DNA from: Eledone cirrhosa
Lineage: Eukaryota
NCBI GenBank assembly: GCA_964016885.1
Contig: OZ024744.1
Span: 26,288,001-26,352,000, forward strand
Reading direction: 5' to 3'
Length of the DNA: 64,000 nucleotides
This document shows, piece by piece, positions 37,001 through 52,679 of this stretch. The first letter of the stretch is position 1, and each line of letters begins with the position of its first letter. The position numbers and the translations under genes are program-made. The notes under the pieces were generated by a model, which was given only the letters and a program-made list of their open reading frames with translations, was not told where the DNA came from and searched no databases.

Positions 37001-40000
37001 TATATAATGAGGGGAGTATCTACTAATATATAAGGGGGAATATCTACTAATAAATAAGGGGGGAGTTTCTACTAATAAATAAGGAGGGAGTATCTACTCA
37101 TATATAAGGCTGGAGTATCTCTAATATATAAGGGGGAGTATCTACTAATAAATAAGGGGGGGTGTAGCTACAAATACATAAGGGGGGAGTATCTACTAAT
37201 ATATAAGGAGGGGAGTATCTACTAATATATAAGGGGGGAGTATCTACTAATAAATAAGGGGGGAGTATCTACTAATATATAAGGGTGGAGTATCTTCTGA
37301 TAAATAAGGGGGGGGTATCTACTAATATATAACGGGGAGTATCTACTAATAAATAAGGGGGAGGGGAGTATATACTAATATATAAGGGGGGAGTATCTAC
37401 TACTAAATAAGGGGGGAGTATCTACTAATATATAATAAAGGGGGAGTATCTACTAATATATATGGGGGGAGTATATACTATTAAATAAGGAGGGGAGTAT
37501 CTACTTATAAGGGGGAGAGTATCTACTAATAAATAAGGGGGAATAACTACTAATATATAAGGGGGAGTATCTATTAATATATAAGGGGGGAGTATCTACT
37601 AATAAATAAGGGGGGAGTATCTACTAATATATAAGGAGGAGAGTATCTACTAATAAATAAGGGGGGAGGGGAGTATCTACTGATAAATAAGGGGGGAGTA
37701 TCTACTAATAAATAAGGGGAGAGTATCTACTAATATATAAGGCTGAGTGTATCTACTAATAAATAAGGGGGATTATCTACTAAAATATATGGGGGGAGTG
37801 GAGCATCTACTAATAAATAAAGGGGGAGTATCTTCTAATATATAAGGGGGGAGTATCTACTAATAAATAAGGGGGGGCGTATCTACTAATATATAAAGGG
37901 GAGTATCTACTAATAAATAAGGGGGAGTATATAATAATATATAAGGGGGAGTATCTACTAACAAATAAGAGGGAGTATCTACTACTATATAAGGAGGGGG
38001 AGTATCTAATAATATTTAAGGGAGTATCTACTAATAAATAAGGGGGGAGTATCTACTAATATAAAAGGGGGGAATATCTACTAATATATAAGGGGGATTA
38101 TGTACTAATATATAAGGGGGGAGTATCTACTAATATATCAGAGGGAGTATCTACTCATATATATAAGGGAGGAGGGAGTATCTACTAATATATAATAAGA
38201 GGGGGAAGTATCTACTAATATATCAGGGGGAGTATCCTCTAATATATAATAAAGAGCGGCGTATCTAGTAAGATATAATAAAGGGGGAAGTATCTACTAA
38301 TATATAAAGGGGGCAGTATCTACTAATAAATAAGAGGGGAGTACTACTAATAAATAAGGGGGGAATATATACTAATATATACGGGGGGAGTATCTACTAA
38401 CAAATAAGAGAGAGAATCTACTAATATATAAGGAGGTGCAGTATCTAATAATATTTAAGGGAGGAGTATCTACTAATATATAATACGAGGGGGAGTATCT
38501 ACTAATATATAATAAGGGGGGAGTATCTACTAATATATAATAAGCGGGGAGGGAGTATTAACTAATATATAATAAAAGGGGGAAGTATCTACTAATATAT
38601 AACAAAGGGGGGAGTATCTACTAATATATAGAGGGGGGAGTATACACTATTAAATAAGGGGAGGAGTATATACTAACATATAAGGAGGGGAGTATCTACT
38701 TATAAGGGGGAGTATCTACTAATAAATAAGGGGGGCGGGTTGTATCTACTAATATATAAGGGGGCTGTATCTACTAATAAATAAGGGGCGACTGTGTACT
38801 AATATATAAGGAGAGGAGTAACTACTAATATATAAGGGGGAGTATCTACTCATAAATAAGGGGGGAGTATATACTAATATATAAGGGGGGAGTATCTACT
38901 AACAAATAGGAGGGAGTATCTACTAATATATAAGGAGGGGGAGTATCTAATAATATGTAAGGGGGGGAGTATCTACTAATAAATAAAGGGGGAGTATCTA
39001 CTAATATGTAATGGGGAAAGTATCTACTAATAAATAAGGGGGGAGTATCTATTAATATATAAGGGGTGTAGTGGAGTTTCTACTAATATATGGCGGGGAG
39101 TATCTGCTAATATGTAAGGGGGAGAGTATCTACTAATAAATAAGGGGGAATATCTACTAATATATAAAGGGGAGAGTATCTACTAATATATACGGCGGGA
39201 ATATCTACTAATATATAAGGGGGGAGGTATCTACTAATAAATAAGGTGGGAGTATCTACTAATAAATAAGGGTGGAGGCGAGTATCTACTAATAAACAAG
39301 GGGGGTGTATCTACTAATATATAAGGGGGAGGGGTGTATCTACTAATATATAAAGTGAGAGTATCTACTAATATATAAGGGGGAGATATCTACTAATAAA
39401 TAAGGGGGGAGTATCTACTAATATATAAGGGTGGAGGGGAGTATCTACTAATAAAAAAGGGGGGAGTACTACTAATAAATAAGAGGAGAGTATCTACTAA
39501 TAAATAAGGGTGCAGTATGTACTAATATATAAGGGGAGAGGTTAGTGTCTACTAATATATAAGGGGGGAGTATCTACTAATATGTATGGAGAATATCTAC
39601 TAATATATAAGGGGGCAGTATTTACTAATATATAAGGGGAGAGTATCTACTAATATATATAAGGGGGAGAGTATCTACTAATATATAAGGGGGGAATATG
39701 TACCAATATATAAGGGGTGAGTATGTACCAATATATAAGGTGGAGAGTATCTACTAATATATAAGGGGGGAGTATCTACTAATATATAAGGGGGAGGGTA
39801 GTATCTACTAATATATAAGGGGGGTGTATCTACTAATATATTAGGGGGGAGTATCCTCTATTATATAATAAAGTGGGGAGTATCTACTAAAATATAATAA
39901 GAGGGGGATCTACTAATATATAATAAAGGGGGCAGTATCTACTAATATATAAAGGGGGGAGTATATACTATTAAATAAGGATGGAGTATCTACTAATATA

Positions 40001-43000
40001 CAAGGAGGGGTGTATCTACTTATAAGGGGGGTATCTACTAATAAATAAGGGGGGAGTATCTATTAATATATAAGGGGAGTATCTACTAATAAATAATGGG
40101 GGAGGGGAGTATCTACTAATATTTCAGGGAGGAGTATCTACTAATAAATAAGGGGGAGTATCTACTAATATGTAAGGGGGAGGGGGTGTCTACTAATATA
40201 TATGGGGGGAGTATCTACTAATATGTAAGGGGGAGAGTATCTACTAATATATAAGGGGGAGTATCTACTAATATATAAGGGGAGAGTATCTACTAATATA
40301 TAATGTGGGAGTATCTACTAATATTTAAGGGGCGAGTTTCTACTAATATACAAGGAGGGAGTATCTACTAATATATAAGGGGGAGTATCTACTAATAAAT
40401 AAGGGGGGAGTATCTACTAATATATAAAGGGGGAGTATCTACTAATATATATAAGGGAGGAGGGAGTATCTACTAATATATAATAAGAGGGTGAAGTATC
40501 TACTAATATATCAGGGGGAGTATCCTCTAATATATAATAAATGGGGAAGTATCTACTAATATATAAGGGGTGGGGAGAGTATACACTATTAAATAAGGAA
40601 GGGGGGAGTGTATACTAACATATAAGGAGGGGAGTATCTACTTATAAGGGGGAGTATCTACTAATAAATAAGGGGGAGGGGAGTATCTACTAATATGTAA
40701 TGGGGTGAGTATCTACTAATAAATAAGGGGGGAGTATCTACTAATATATAAGGGGTGTAGTGGAGTATCTACTAATATATAGGGGGAGTATCTACTAATA
40801 TGTAAGGGGGAGAGTATCTATTAATAAATAAGGGGGGAGTATCTACTAATATATAAAGGGGAGAGTATCTACTAATATATAAGGCGAGAGTATCTACTAA
40901 TATATAAGGGCGGAGTATCTACTAATAAATAAGGGGGGAGTATTTACTAATATATAAGGGGGGAGGGGAGTATCTACTAACAAACAAGGGGGGAGTATCT
41001 ACTAATATATAAGGGGGTGAGAATCTACTAATAAATAAGGGGCGAGTATCTACTAATATATAAAAGAGGGAGGGGAGTATCTGCTAATAAATAAGGAGGG
41101 AGTATCTACTAATAAATAAGGGCGGAGTATCTACTAATATATAAGGGGGAGAGTATCTAATAATAAATAAGGGGAGAGTAGCTACTAATAAATAAGTGGA
41201 GAATATCTACTAATAAATAAGGGTGCAGTATGTACTAATATATAAGGGGGAGGGGAGTGTCTACTAATATATAAGGGGGGGAGTATCTACTAATATGTAA
41301 GTGGGAGAGTATCTACTAATATATAAGGGGGCAGTAGCTACTAATATATAGGGGGAGAGTATCTACTAATACATATCAGGGGGGAGTATCTACTAATATA
41401 TAAGGGGGGAGAGTATCTACTAATATATAAGGGGGAGAGTATCTACTAATATATAAGGGGGGATTATCTACTAATATATAAGGGAGGCGTATCTACTAAT
41501 ATATGATGGGGGAGTATCTACTAATATATATAAGGAGGGATTACCTACTAATATATATAAATGGGGGGAGTATCTACTAATATATAAGTGGGGAGTATCT
41601 ACTAATATATAAAAAGGGGGGAGGAATATCTACTAATATATAATATGAGGGGGAAGTATCTACTAATATATTAGGGGCGAGTATCCTCTAATATATAATA
41701 AAGTGGGGAGTATGTACTAATATATAATAAAAGGAGGATCTACTAATATATAATAAAGGGGGGAGTATATACTATTAAATAAGGAGGGTGTATCTACTAA
41801 TATATAAGGAGGGGTGTATCTACTTATAAGTGGGGGAGTATCTACTAATAAATAAGGGGGGAGTATCTACTAATATATAAGGGGGAGTATCTACTAATAA
41901 ATAAGGAGGAGGGGAGTATCTACTAATATATAAGGGAGGACTATCTACTAATAAATAAGGGGGAGTATCTACTAATATATAAGGGGAGAGGGGAGTATCT
42001 ACTAATAAGTAAAGGGGGAGTATCTACTAATATATAATGTGGGAGTATCTACTAATATTTAAGGGGGTAGTTTCTACTAATATACAAGGGGGGAGTATCT
42101 AATAAATAAGGGGGGAGTATCTACTAATATATAAGGGGGAGTATCTACTAATAAATAAGGGGGAGGGGAGTATCTACTAATATATAAGGGAGGAGTATCT
42201 ACTAATAAATAAGGGGGAGGGGAGTATCTACTAATATATAAAGGGGGGAGGGGCTGTATCTACTAATATATAAGGGGGGAGTATCTACTAATAAATAAGG
42301 GGGGAGTATCTACTGATAAATAAGGGGAGAGAATCTACTAATATATAAGGGGTAGAGTATATACTAATAAACAAGGGGGGAGTATCTACTAATAAATAAG
42401 AGGAGAGTATCTACTAATAAATAAGGGTGCAGTATGTACTAATGTATAAGGGGGGAGGGGAGTATCTACTAATATATACGGAGGTAGTATCTACTAATAT
42501 GTAAGTGGGAGAGTATCTACTAATATATAAGGGGGCAGTATCTACTAATATATAAGGGGAGAGTATCTACTAATATATATAAGGGGGGAGTATCTACTAA
42601 TATATAAGGGGGAGAGTATCTACCAATATATAAGGGGGGAGTATATACCAATATATAAGGGGTGAGTATGTACTAATATATAAGGGGGAGAGTATCTACT
42701 AATATGTAAGGGGAGAGTATCTACTAATATATAAGGGGGAGTATCTACTAATATATATAAGGGGGAGTATCTATTAATATATATAAACGGGGGGAGTATC
42801 TACTAATATATAATATGGGGGAAGTATCTACTAATATATAATAAGGGGAGAGGAATATCTACTAATATATAATAAGAGGGGGAAGTATCTACTTATAAGG
42901 GGTGAGTATCTACTAATAAATAAGGGGGAGTATCTACTAATATATAAGGGGGAGTATCTACTAATAAATAAGGGGGGGGGAGTATCTACTAATATATAAG

Positions 43001-44987
43001 GGAGGAGTATCTACTAATAAATAAAGGGGAGTATCTACTAATATATAAAGGGGGAGAGGAGTATCTACTAATAAATAAGGGGAGAGCATCTACTAATAAT
43101 TAAGGGGATAGTATCTACTAATATATAAGGGGGAGAGTATCTACTAATAAATAAAAGGGGAGTATCTACTAATATATAAGGGGGTAGGGGAGTATCTACT
43201 AATAAATAAGGGGGAGTATCTACTAATATGTAAGGGGTGAGGGGAGTGTCTACTAATATATAAGGGGGGATTATCTACTAAAACGTACAGGAGAGAGTAT
43301 CTACTAATATATAAGGGGTGTAGTGGAGTATCTACTAATATATAAGGGGAGAGTATCTACTAATATATAATGTGGGAGTATCTACTAATATTTAAGGCGG
43401 AATTTCTACTAATATACAAGGCGGGAGTATCTACTAATATATAAGGGGGGAGTAGCTACCAAAATAAGGGGGTAGTATCTACTAATATATAAAGGGGGAG
43501 TATCTACTAATAAATAAGTGGGGAGTATCTCCTAATATATAAAGGGGGAGTATCTACTAATATATAATATGGGGGGCGTATCTACTAATATATAAGTGGG
43601 GAGTATCTACTAATATATAATAAGGGGGGAGGAATGTCTACTAATATATAATAAGAGGGGGAAGTATCTACTAATATATAAGGGGAGAGGGGAGTATCTA
43701 CTAATAAATAAGGGGGGAGTATCTACTAATAATTAAGGGGATAGTATCTACTAATATATAAGGGGGAGAGTATCTACGAATATATAAGAGGGGAGTATCT
43801 ACTAATATATAAGGGGGAGGGGAGTATCTTCTATTAAATAAGGGGGAGTATCTACTAATATGTAAGGGAGGAGGGGAGTGTCTACTAATATATAAGGGGG
43901 ATTATCTACTAATATGTAAGGGGGAAAGTATCTACTACTATATAAGGGCGGAGTATCTACTAATATATAAGAGGAGAGTATCTACTAATATATAATGTGG
44001 GAGTATCTACTAATATTTAAGGGGGGAGTTTCTACTAATATACAAGGGGGAATATCTACTAATAAATAAGGGGGAGTATCTACTAATAAAGTTGCGAGTA
44101 TCGACTAATATATGAGGGGGGAGTATCGACTAAAATATATAAAAGGGGAGTATCTACTAATATATAAGGGGGGAGTATCTACTAATATATAAGGGGGTAG
44201 TATCTACTAATATATATAAGGGTGAGTATCTACTTATATATAAGGGGCAAGTATCTACTAATATATAAGGGGGAGTATCGACTAATATATAAGGTGGGAG
44301 TATATACTAATATATATAAGGGGGGAGTATCTACTAATATATAATACGGGGCGAGTATCTACTAATTCATAATAAGTGGGGAGTATCAACTAATAATAAA
44401 GGGGGCAGTACCTACTAATATATAATAAGGGGGGAGTATCCTATAATATATAATAAAGGGGGGAGTATCTACTAATATATAATAAGGGGGGATCTACTAA
44501 TATATAAGGGGGGGGGGATATCTACTAATATATAAGGGGCGGAGTATCTACTAATATATAAGGGGGGAGTATCTACTAATATATTAGGGGGAGTATCTAT
44601 TAATATATAATAAAGGAGGTAGTATCTACTAATATATAAGAAGGGAGGAGTTTCTACTAATATATATAAGGGGTGAGTATCTACTAATATGTAAGCTGGG
44701 AGTATCTACTAATATATAATAAGGGGTGTATCTACTAATATATCAGGGGGGAGTATCCTCTAATATATAATAAAGGGTGGAGTATCTACTAATATATAAT
44801 AAGGGGGCGATCTACTAATATATAATAAGGGGGGGAGTATCTACTAATATATAATAAGGGGGAGTATCTACTAATATATAATAAGGGGGGAGTATCTACT
44901 AATATATAATAAGGGGGAGTATCTACTAATATATAATGAGGGGGGGAGTTTCTACTAATATATAATAATGGGGGGATAATCTACTAA
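34052..44987 (+). repeat. ~11 kb minisatellite, unit ~22-28 bp, G(4-7)AGTATCTACTAATA(T/A)ATAA
   Basis: Roughly 400 head-to-tail units (estimated as length/24), all G-rich on +. Confidence 0.98.
35129..36189 (+). mobile_element. Non-autonomous Helitron
   Basis: 5' TCTATATATATAAAAC, 3' CTAG, subterminal hairpin CCCGAGCAACGCCGGG, inserted at A|T with no TSD; internal 37-bp repeats (35719-35885) and a ~220-bp duplication. Confidence 0.9.
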
Positions 44988-45292
44988 TCTATATATATAA
45001 AACTGAGGATGTCTGTCTGTGTGTGTGTGAGTTTGAATTCCTAAAACTCGAGAACCACCCAACTGTCTGTTTTCAAACTTTACACATGTAATACTTATGT
45101 TTCAGGGATTGTTCTGAGCAAAACGAATTTCAAATTTTAAATGTTCTAGGGACCGCTTTAGGCGATTTAGCGATCTGTCTCTATAATTATTAGTCTTTCT
45201 TCTTTTAGATAGATACATACATATAACGTCGCGCCCTTATCATATCTGTCTGTGTGTCTGACTGTCTGCATTACATCACTTCCATGAGGATG

Positions 45293-45371
<79 letters not shown>

Positions 45372-45995
45372 TTGTGTGTGTGTGTGTGTGGTGTGTGTGT
45401 GTGTGTGTGTGTGTGTGTCTGTGTGTGTGTGCGTCTGTGTGTGTCCTGTGTGCGTGTCTGTCAGTTTGAATCCCTAAAACTCGAGAAGTACCCAACCGAT
45501 TTTTTTCAAGCTTACATGTGTATTACTTATGTTTCAGGGAGTCTTATGCACATGAAATTCATTTTTTTTTTTTCCCTAGGGCCCGCATTAGTTTTAAAAA
45601 GGCATTTTTTCAGGTTTTTAGTGTTTTTTTACTCGTTACGTCAGACTGATTTCCTTGAAATTGTAACTATCTATTAGTCAGTCTCTTCTTCATACCTAGG
45701 GTCCGCATTAGGGCTATTTTGAGGCGTTACATCTAGCCGATTTTCCCAAAATTTCAAGGCATATTATGCACATAAAAAAAAATCCTTTTCTTGATGCCCT
45801 AGGGCCCGCATAGGTGAAACCTGCATTTTTCCTGCTTCATTGAGGAACATCTTAAAGATTATCCAGCCATCAGAGTATTCATTCGATTTATTTTCTTTAC
45901 ATATTGTCCAGGCATGCAGTTGTTCCACGATAGGTCTATTGGCGGCCCTCGTTCCAAAATATCTTATCCCTTGCAACGCCGGGTACCACTGCTAG
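44988..45995 (+). mobile_element. Non-autonomous Helitron
   Basis: 5' TCTATATATATAAAACTG, 3' GCAACGCCGGGTACCACTGCTAG, inserted at A|T; internal (TG)n and duplicated head. Confidence 0.88.
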
Positions 45996-46438
45996 TGTAT
46001 AATAGCCTTCGTGTGTTCTGCTGTGACCGAATGCGAAACGGGAATGTCCTGCGGGGAGCAGTGTCGTGGACTCTATAGAGTGCGGTATATATACTCTACT
46101 AACCTAAGTATTGAGTACTCTGGTGCGTTATTGTCCACCTGGTTCCTTATCAGCAATTGGAAAGACCAACGGGAAACATTGTTTCCTCGGTCCGATTTGA
46201 CGAAAGAGAATGCTGAGAAGTGACATACAAGTTGATATATATTCGGAAAATAAGTAAAACAGTAGAAAATGCTGATAGAATTCTATCATAGAAAAACATT
46301 TGTGAAAAAATGTTAGTACCGGTTTAAGTCGATAAAAATTACGACTCCTTCATACTAGAAAATGATAAATGAGGGTGTATGTTAATTAGAAGAGAATAGT
46401 TAGAGAATAGAGTTTACATATATATAAATTCACATTTT

Positions 46439-46583
<145 letters not shown>

Positions 46584-46599
46584 GTGTATATTGCTTTGT

Positions 46600-48959
46600 A
46601 CATCCGTGAAGATGTCACACGCATTGTACTGTTGACACATTCCAACTCAGTCTGTGACACTGATAGTATATATAAAGCAACTGAAAGTGGTGATATGTGT
46701 CACATATAGGCCACCAGACGCCCCTAGTTATGAAGGTAAGTTTGAAGATAGCCGCAGAAGGATGGAAGAAGTCCTTGACAAAGTGGACCAGGGTCTCAAC
46801 ATACTGCTGCTGGGAGACTTTAACATGCCAAAGGTCAAATGGCCTAATGTCCACCTCCTCCCTGGAATGACATCACTAGAACAGAGACAGACGGAGTCCC
46901 TGCTGGCTCTCACACACAGGCTGTTCATGGAACAAGCAGTACTCCTCCATCAAGAGGCGAGTATGTCCTGGATCTCTGCTTTACAAATAACGCAGTGCTC
47001 ATCCACAATATAAAGGTGACACCAACGATTTTCTTGGATCATAACTTAGTAGAACTAATGATATGTAGTCTGAGAGAATCACCAGAGACGCAACCATTAA
47101 GAAGATCCGGGAATGTATCCAACCTAAACTTTCACAAGGCTAACTGGAAAAAAGATCCAGAAAGAGATCCGGCAGCAAAACTGGTGCGACAGCATCACCA
47201 CACAGCACCAACCAGACAACAGGGAAATCATTATGAAGCGAAGAACTAAGCTCTCAAACCAGTTAACAATAGAAAAACAAGAAGGGACCCTATCTGAAAC
47301 AGGCTCTACTTGAAATTGAAACTGAACTCAAACTTACCCATGAGAAGGAGAGAGCAAAGAGAGAAAGCAGGGCTATAGAATATATTAAAACAAACCATAA
47401 GGCCTTCTTTAAAAGATGTAATATCCGCCATCAACGAAATTAGAACAAACTCAGCTGCTGGACCTGATGGATTCCCAGCAGTCCTTCTAAAAACATATTA
47501 ACGTGCCTTGGCGGAACTACTGAAGATCCTCTTCAGAAGTTCTTTGGCTAGCGGTAAACAACCCAGCGAGCTAAAAGAAGGCACAATATGCCCTATCCAT
47601 AAAGGAGAAAGCAGAGCGAAGGCCCATAATTACAGGCCTGTCCCCCTGACGTCACATATCAGTAAGAATCATCAGAAAGAAACTGATCACGTTCCTCGGG
47701 GAAAATGACCGCCTAACTAGCGCGCAGCATGGCTTTCGCCCATGAATAAGCTACCTTACACAGCTGTTACAACGCTATGACTGGGTACTGAAACAACTGC
47801 TGGACAGTCACATGTGAACGTGATATATCTTGGCTTTGCGAAGACCTTTGACAAGGTCGACTACGTTATGATATGTCACAGACTCGGCATAACTGGAAAA
47901 GAAGGTTAATGTCTGCATGATTTCTTAAAAGACAGCAACCAGACAGTTGCAGCTAATGGGGCCCTCTCAAAGGAGACATCAATAACAAGTGGGTTGCCCA
48001 GTGCACAATCTTGGGACTACTGTATTTGGTGGCTCTCTCAGACATACCCTCTATAGTACATAAAGCATCCCTGAGTAGCTATGCTGATGACACAAAGGTA
48101 GCACAGGTAATCAAAAACTGCCCTTTTACAAGATCTGGACCATATACAAATGGGCTGAAGACAACAACATGTAGTTCAATGCTGGAAAATGTCAAGCCCT
48201 ACAATACCAACCTGCTAACACAAAGACAATACAACACAGCTACACCTCTGTCGAAATGAAGGTGGCGATAATGTACAAAAGGCTAGCTGGATCTTGAGGA
48301 CATTCCGGATAATAGACCGAGAGACGATGTTGATACTATGGTGGACATTTTTCCTAAGCCGACTACTGCTCCCAATTGTGGTCTACCTATAGTATCAAAC
48401 TAACCACGTAGCTTGAGGCAATTCAACGAAGCTACATCAACAGGATTGCCACTATGAAGGAGATGGGATACTAGGAGAGGCTAAAAGAGCTGAAATTCTA
48501 CTCCTTGGAACGAACACGGGAGAGATACGCAGTGATATACATATGGAAAATCCTGGAGTGACTAGCAACAAACTTTGGCATTGAGAGCTGGACAAACCTC
48601 CGAACAGGAGGTCACTGTGTGGTGCCAAAGGTCCCGTCTATCACATCTAGAATAAGCAGCATCTATTGCAATAGCCAGGGGTACAAAGACCCTCAAATCT
48701 TCAACAAACTGCCAAGAAATTTGAGAGATTTACATGGTGTGGATGTGGATGTGTTCAAGAAACGTCTTGACACTCTGCTATCCAGGATCCCGGTTGAGCC
48801 CAAAGCACGGTACGAAGGTAACCTAAGGGCAGCAGCAACGAAGTCACTCTTACACCAATGACCAGCCAACACAAGCTGGAGGTAGAATGTGTAGCAACAA
48901 GGGTGGTGCCCCAGCATAGCCTCAGCCGGATGGCTGGAAATGGTAAGAGAGTAAAAGTG

Positions 48960-48960
<1 letters not shown>
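46600..48960 (+). pseudogene. Decayed CR1-group LINE ORF2 (APE + RT) with deletions
   Basis: TYRPP, GDFNMP, DHNLV, AGPDG, NYRPVPLTSHISK, QHGFR, FAKTFDKVD, YADDTK. Confidence 0.88.
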
Positions 48961-49840
<880 letters not shown>

Positions 49841-49859
49841 GGGGGGGGGGGGTTATACA

Positions 49860-50770
49860 TGAACGTGTATATTTCTCTTTCTCTTAATTTCGGGTACATT
49901 TTTGACCAGCCACCCTCCTGGTGGCAAGGTTGTAAAAGAAAAGAAATGTTTATCTCTTGAATTGCAAGAATGTTTTGCAAATTTTGAAGGTGTCAGCTAT
50001 CGCACCCATGTGTAGTCTATGAATTAGGGAACTGCGCTCTTTGTCCAGTAATACTGAGAAGCTTGCTTACATCCATCTGACTTAGTTCTTGCAATGACCA
50101 GTTCAGCAGGCCAAATGTTGGCGTTAGAATTGGCACAGCATAAGTATTGGGGGCAATGTATTTGTTGTACGCTGACAGTTCTGATGACCATATTTTCTTT
50201 AATCACCGGAGATATTCAGTTCTTGTTCTTTCCTTATTTATGGGTCCATCATATCTAACATTCTCATACTGTCCAAGATATCTGTAGTTGTCACGTGTAT
50301 GTAGAGGTTGTATTGTCAAGCCGTTCATCTCTAGATTTCCAGAGGAGGGCACAACCCTTCCATGTTTTACTGTCAAATATGCACATTTGGACTCACCAAA
50401 TTTCATTCTGATGTCTGTAGAAAATTGTGTAATGAGGTCCAATTGTTTTTTGATATAGTTGGTATTTGTCACATACAACTTCAGGTCAACAACAAAAAGA
50501 TGGGAAATACTTCTGGACCCACTTCCATGACCACTTTGTTTTGTGTGCAGGTATGATAGTGGGTTTAGTGAGAGGACGAAGAGCAGCACTGATAAGTCAT
50601 CACCCTGAAAGATGCCTTTCTGGTAGTGTATTGTATCAGTCTTAATTTCTTCCTTCTCACCATTAAGGATCAAATTGGTGTACCAGTTCTTGGTCAGGCC
50701 TTCAACAGCAGCTACTAGTGGTTGTAGGACTTTGACTAACTGTAAAGCCTTAATAATCCACCCATGAGGT
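49860..50770 (-). mobile_element. R4/Dong-like fragments (RT 50203-50770; 3' end 49860-50045)
   Basis: [30 protein letters not shown]; 3' end matches 8345-8520. Confidence 0.85.
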
Positions 50771-50878
50771 ACACATGTATGTATGTAGGTATATATATAT
50801 AAATGTGTGTGTGTGTGTGTGTGTGTATATACATACACAAACACACATACATGTATATATATATAAATATAAATATAC

Positions 50879-50965
<87 letters not shown>

Positions 50966-51271
50966 TATATAAATATTCAAACATTTACACACACATACAT
51001 AACTCCATGCAAGCGTACAATATATATGTATATACATATATGCACATTGATACATAAGTTGTTGGTAGTGAAGGAGACTCATTCAGACGTCACTTTCATA
51101 CATGTATTGAGTGCCTTATTGCATACATACTTACATTCATATACACACACAAATACATATATCCACCCATACATCCTTTCATCTATACATACATTAATAC
51201 ATAGTTACATATTTATATCAAAAATATCTATATCTATATATTAGTCTTGAGATTTTTTATTATTACTAGTG

Positions 51272-51455
51272 AATTGGCAGTATCGGTAAAGGGTTGGACG
51301 CCATGCTTTCTAGCACAGTTACGTCTCTTTACAGTCTGAGTTCAAATCCCACCGAGGTTAACTTTACCTTTCATCCTTACGGGGTCGATAAAATAAATTA
51401 CCAGTAATGTACTGGTTAATTTGCTGGCCTTGTGCCTAAAGTAGAAATAATTATT
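51272..51455 (+). mobile_element. SINE family 1
   Basis: Full copy with boxes A and B. Confidence 0.9.
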
Positions 51456-51525
51456 ACTATATATATATATAGTAATAATAATAAAATTGAAGACTACAAT
51501 CCAAAGAGGGCTCGATAAGGAGCAA

Positions 51526-51643
51526 ATATTTATTAAAATAACAGATTAAAGTTTAAGCAAAGAATCGCTGATTTCACCCTTAACGTTAAGGGTGAAATCA
51601 GCGATTCTTTGCTTAAACTTTAATCTGTTATTTTAATAAATAT
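51526..51643. repeat. Perfect 118-bp palindrome
   Basis: Centre CCCTTAAC|GTTAAGGG at 51584/51585. Confidence 0.93.
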
Positions 51644-51656
51644 ATATATATATATG

Positions 51657-51702
<46 letters not shown>

Positions 51703-51736
51703 GAAGTTATATTTAATTTGTTGGGATACAACAAGC

Positions 51737-52145
51737 AAATATTTTTATAACTGTTATAAAGCACTCAACAAAATTTTTGGAGTAAAAATACAATATATTA
51801 ACAAATGGAAACTATATTTAAAAAAGCATATTTATTTCATTATACATATTTCAAGGACACCAAAGCAAATTATGGTGCGCTTTCATCAGATAAAATATAA
51901 TATAGATCAGTTTTATAAACAAATATTGACATACCCTTAAAAGAATGCGACCATGCCTGTAGGGAGCTTTCAACAGACATGGTCGCATTCTTTTAAGGGT
52001 ATGTCAATATTTGTTTATAAAACTGATCTATATTATATTTTATGTGATGAAAGCGAACCATAATTTGCTTTGGTGTCCTTGAAATATGTATAATGAAATA
52101 AATATGGTTTTATGTATATAGTTTCCCTTTGTTAATATATTGTAT
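51737..52145. repeat. Inverted-repeat cassette, HHR family A
   Basis: 51790-51960 versus 51973-52145; HHR at 51833-51897 (-, intact core) and 52036-52100 (+, CTGATGA>GTGATGA). Confidence 0.92.
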
Positions 52146-52366
52146 ATATATTAACAAAGGAATTGTGTTAAGGAACCAGATGGACCATAACACACCAGAG
52201 TACTCAATACATAGGGAAGTAATGTGGGAAATAGGAAAAAGTATGACCCCGACGGCAGAGCTCAAGTCGTTTCGACAGCTATTTCTGGACTCAAATGCAG
52301 TCTTGACTGCAAAACTGGAATTGAACCATCAGCACAGTTGAGGTATGTCATACATCAATTTATACA

Positions 52367-52428
52367 TTTTATCTGATGAGGACGTACTGAAAAAACAGCA
52401 CAGTACCTCCAAAATATATATAATAAAA
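52367..52428 (+). ncRNA. Degenerate hammerhead, family G (GAAA>AAAA)
   Basis: TTTTAT CTGATGA GGA C GTACTG..CAGTAC C TCC AAAA TATATA TA ATAAAA. Confidence 0.65.
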
Positions 52429-52679
52429 CATATATTTTGATTACATGAATGTCTATATTTATTAATATTTTGAATTAATATATATATATATGTGCATACA
52501 CACACACACACACGCGCGCGCGCGCACACACACACACACTCATATATATATATATATATACATGCAGACATGTCCACCTGTCCATGCCCCAAAACTTGTT
52601 TTATTTGACTGAACAGATCAAAGTAAACAACTCACTAATAGGATTTCCATCTGACAAAATGCTATAAATCCATCCATTA

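Noticed and set aside
34052-44987. CRISPR-like repeat/spacer periodicity
   Set aside because: Spacers are only variable G-runs; no cas genes; eukaryotic context
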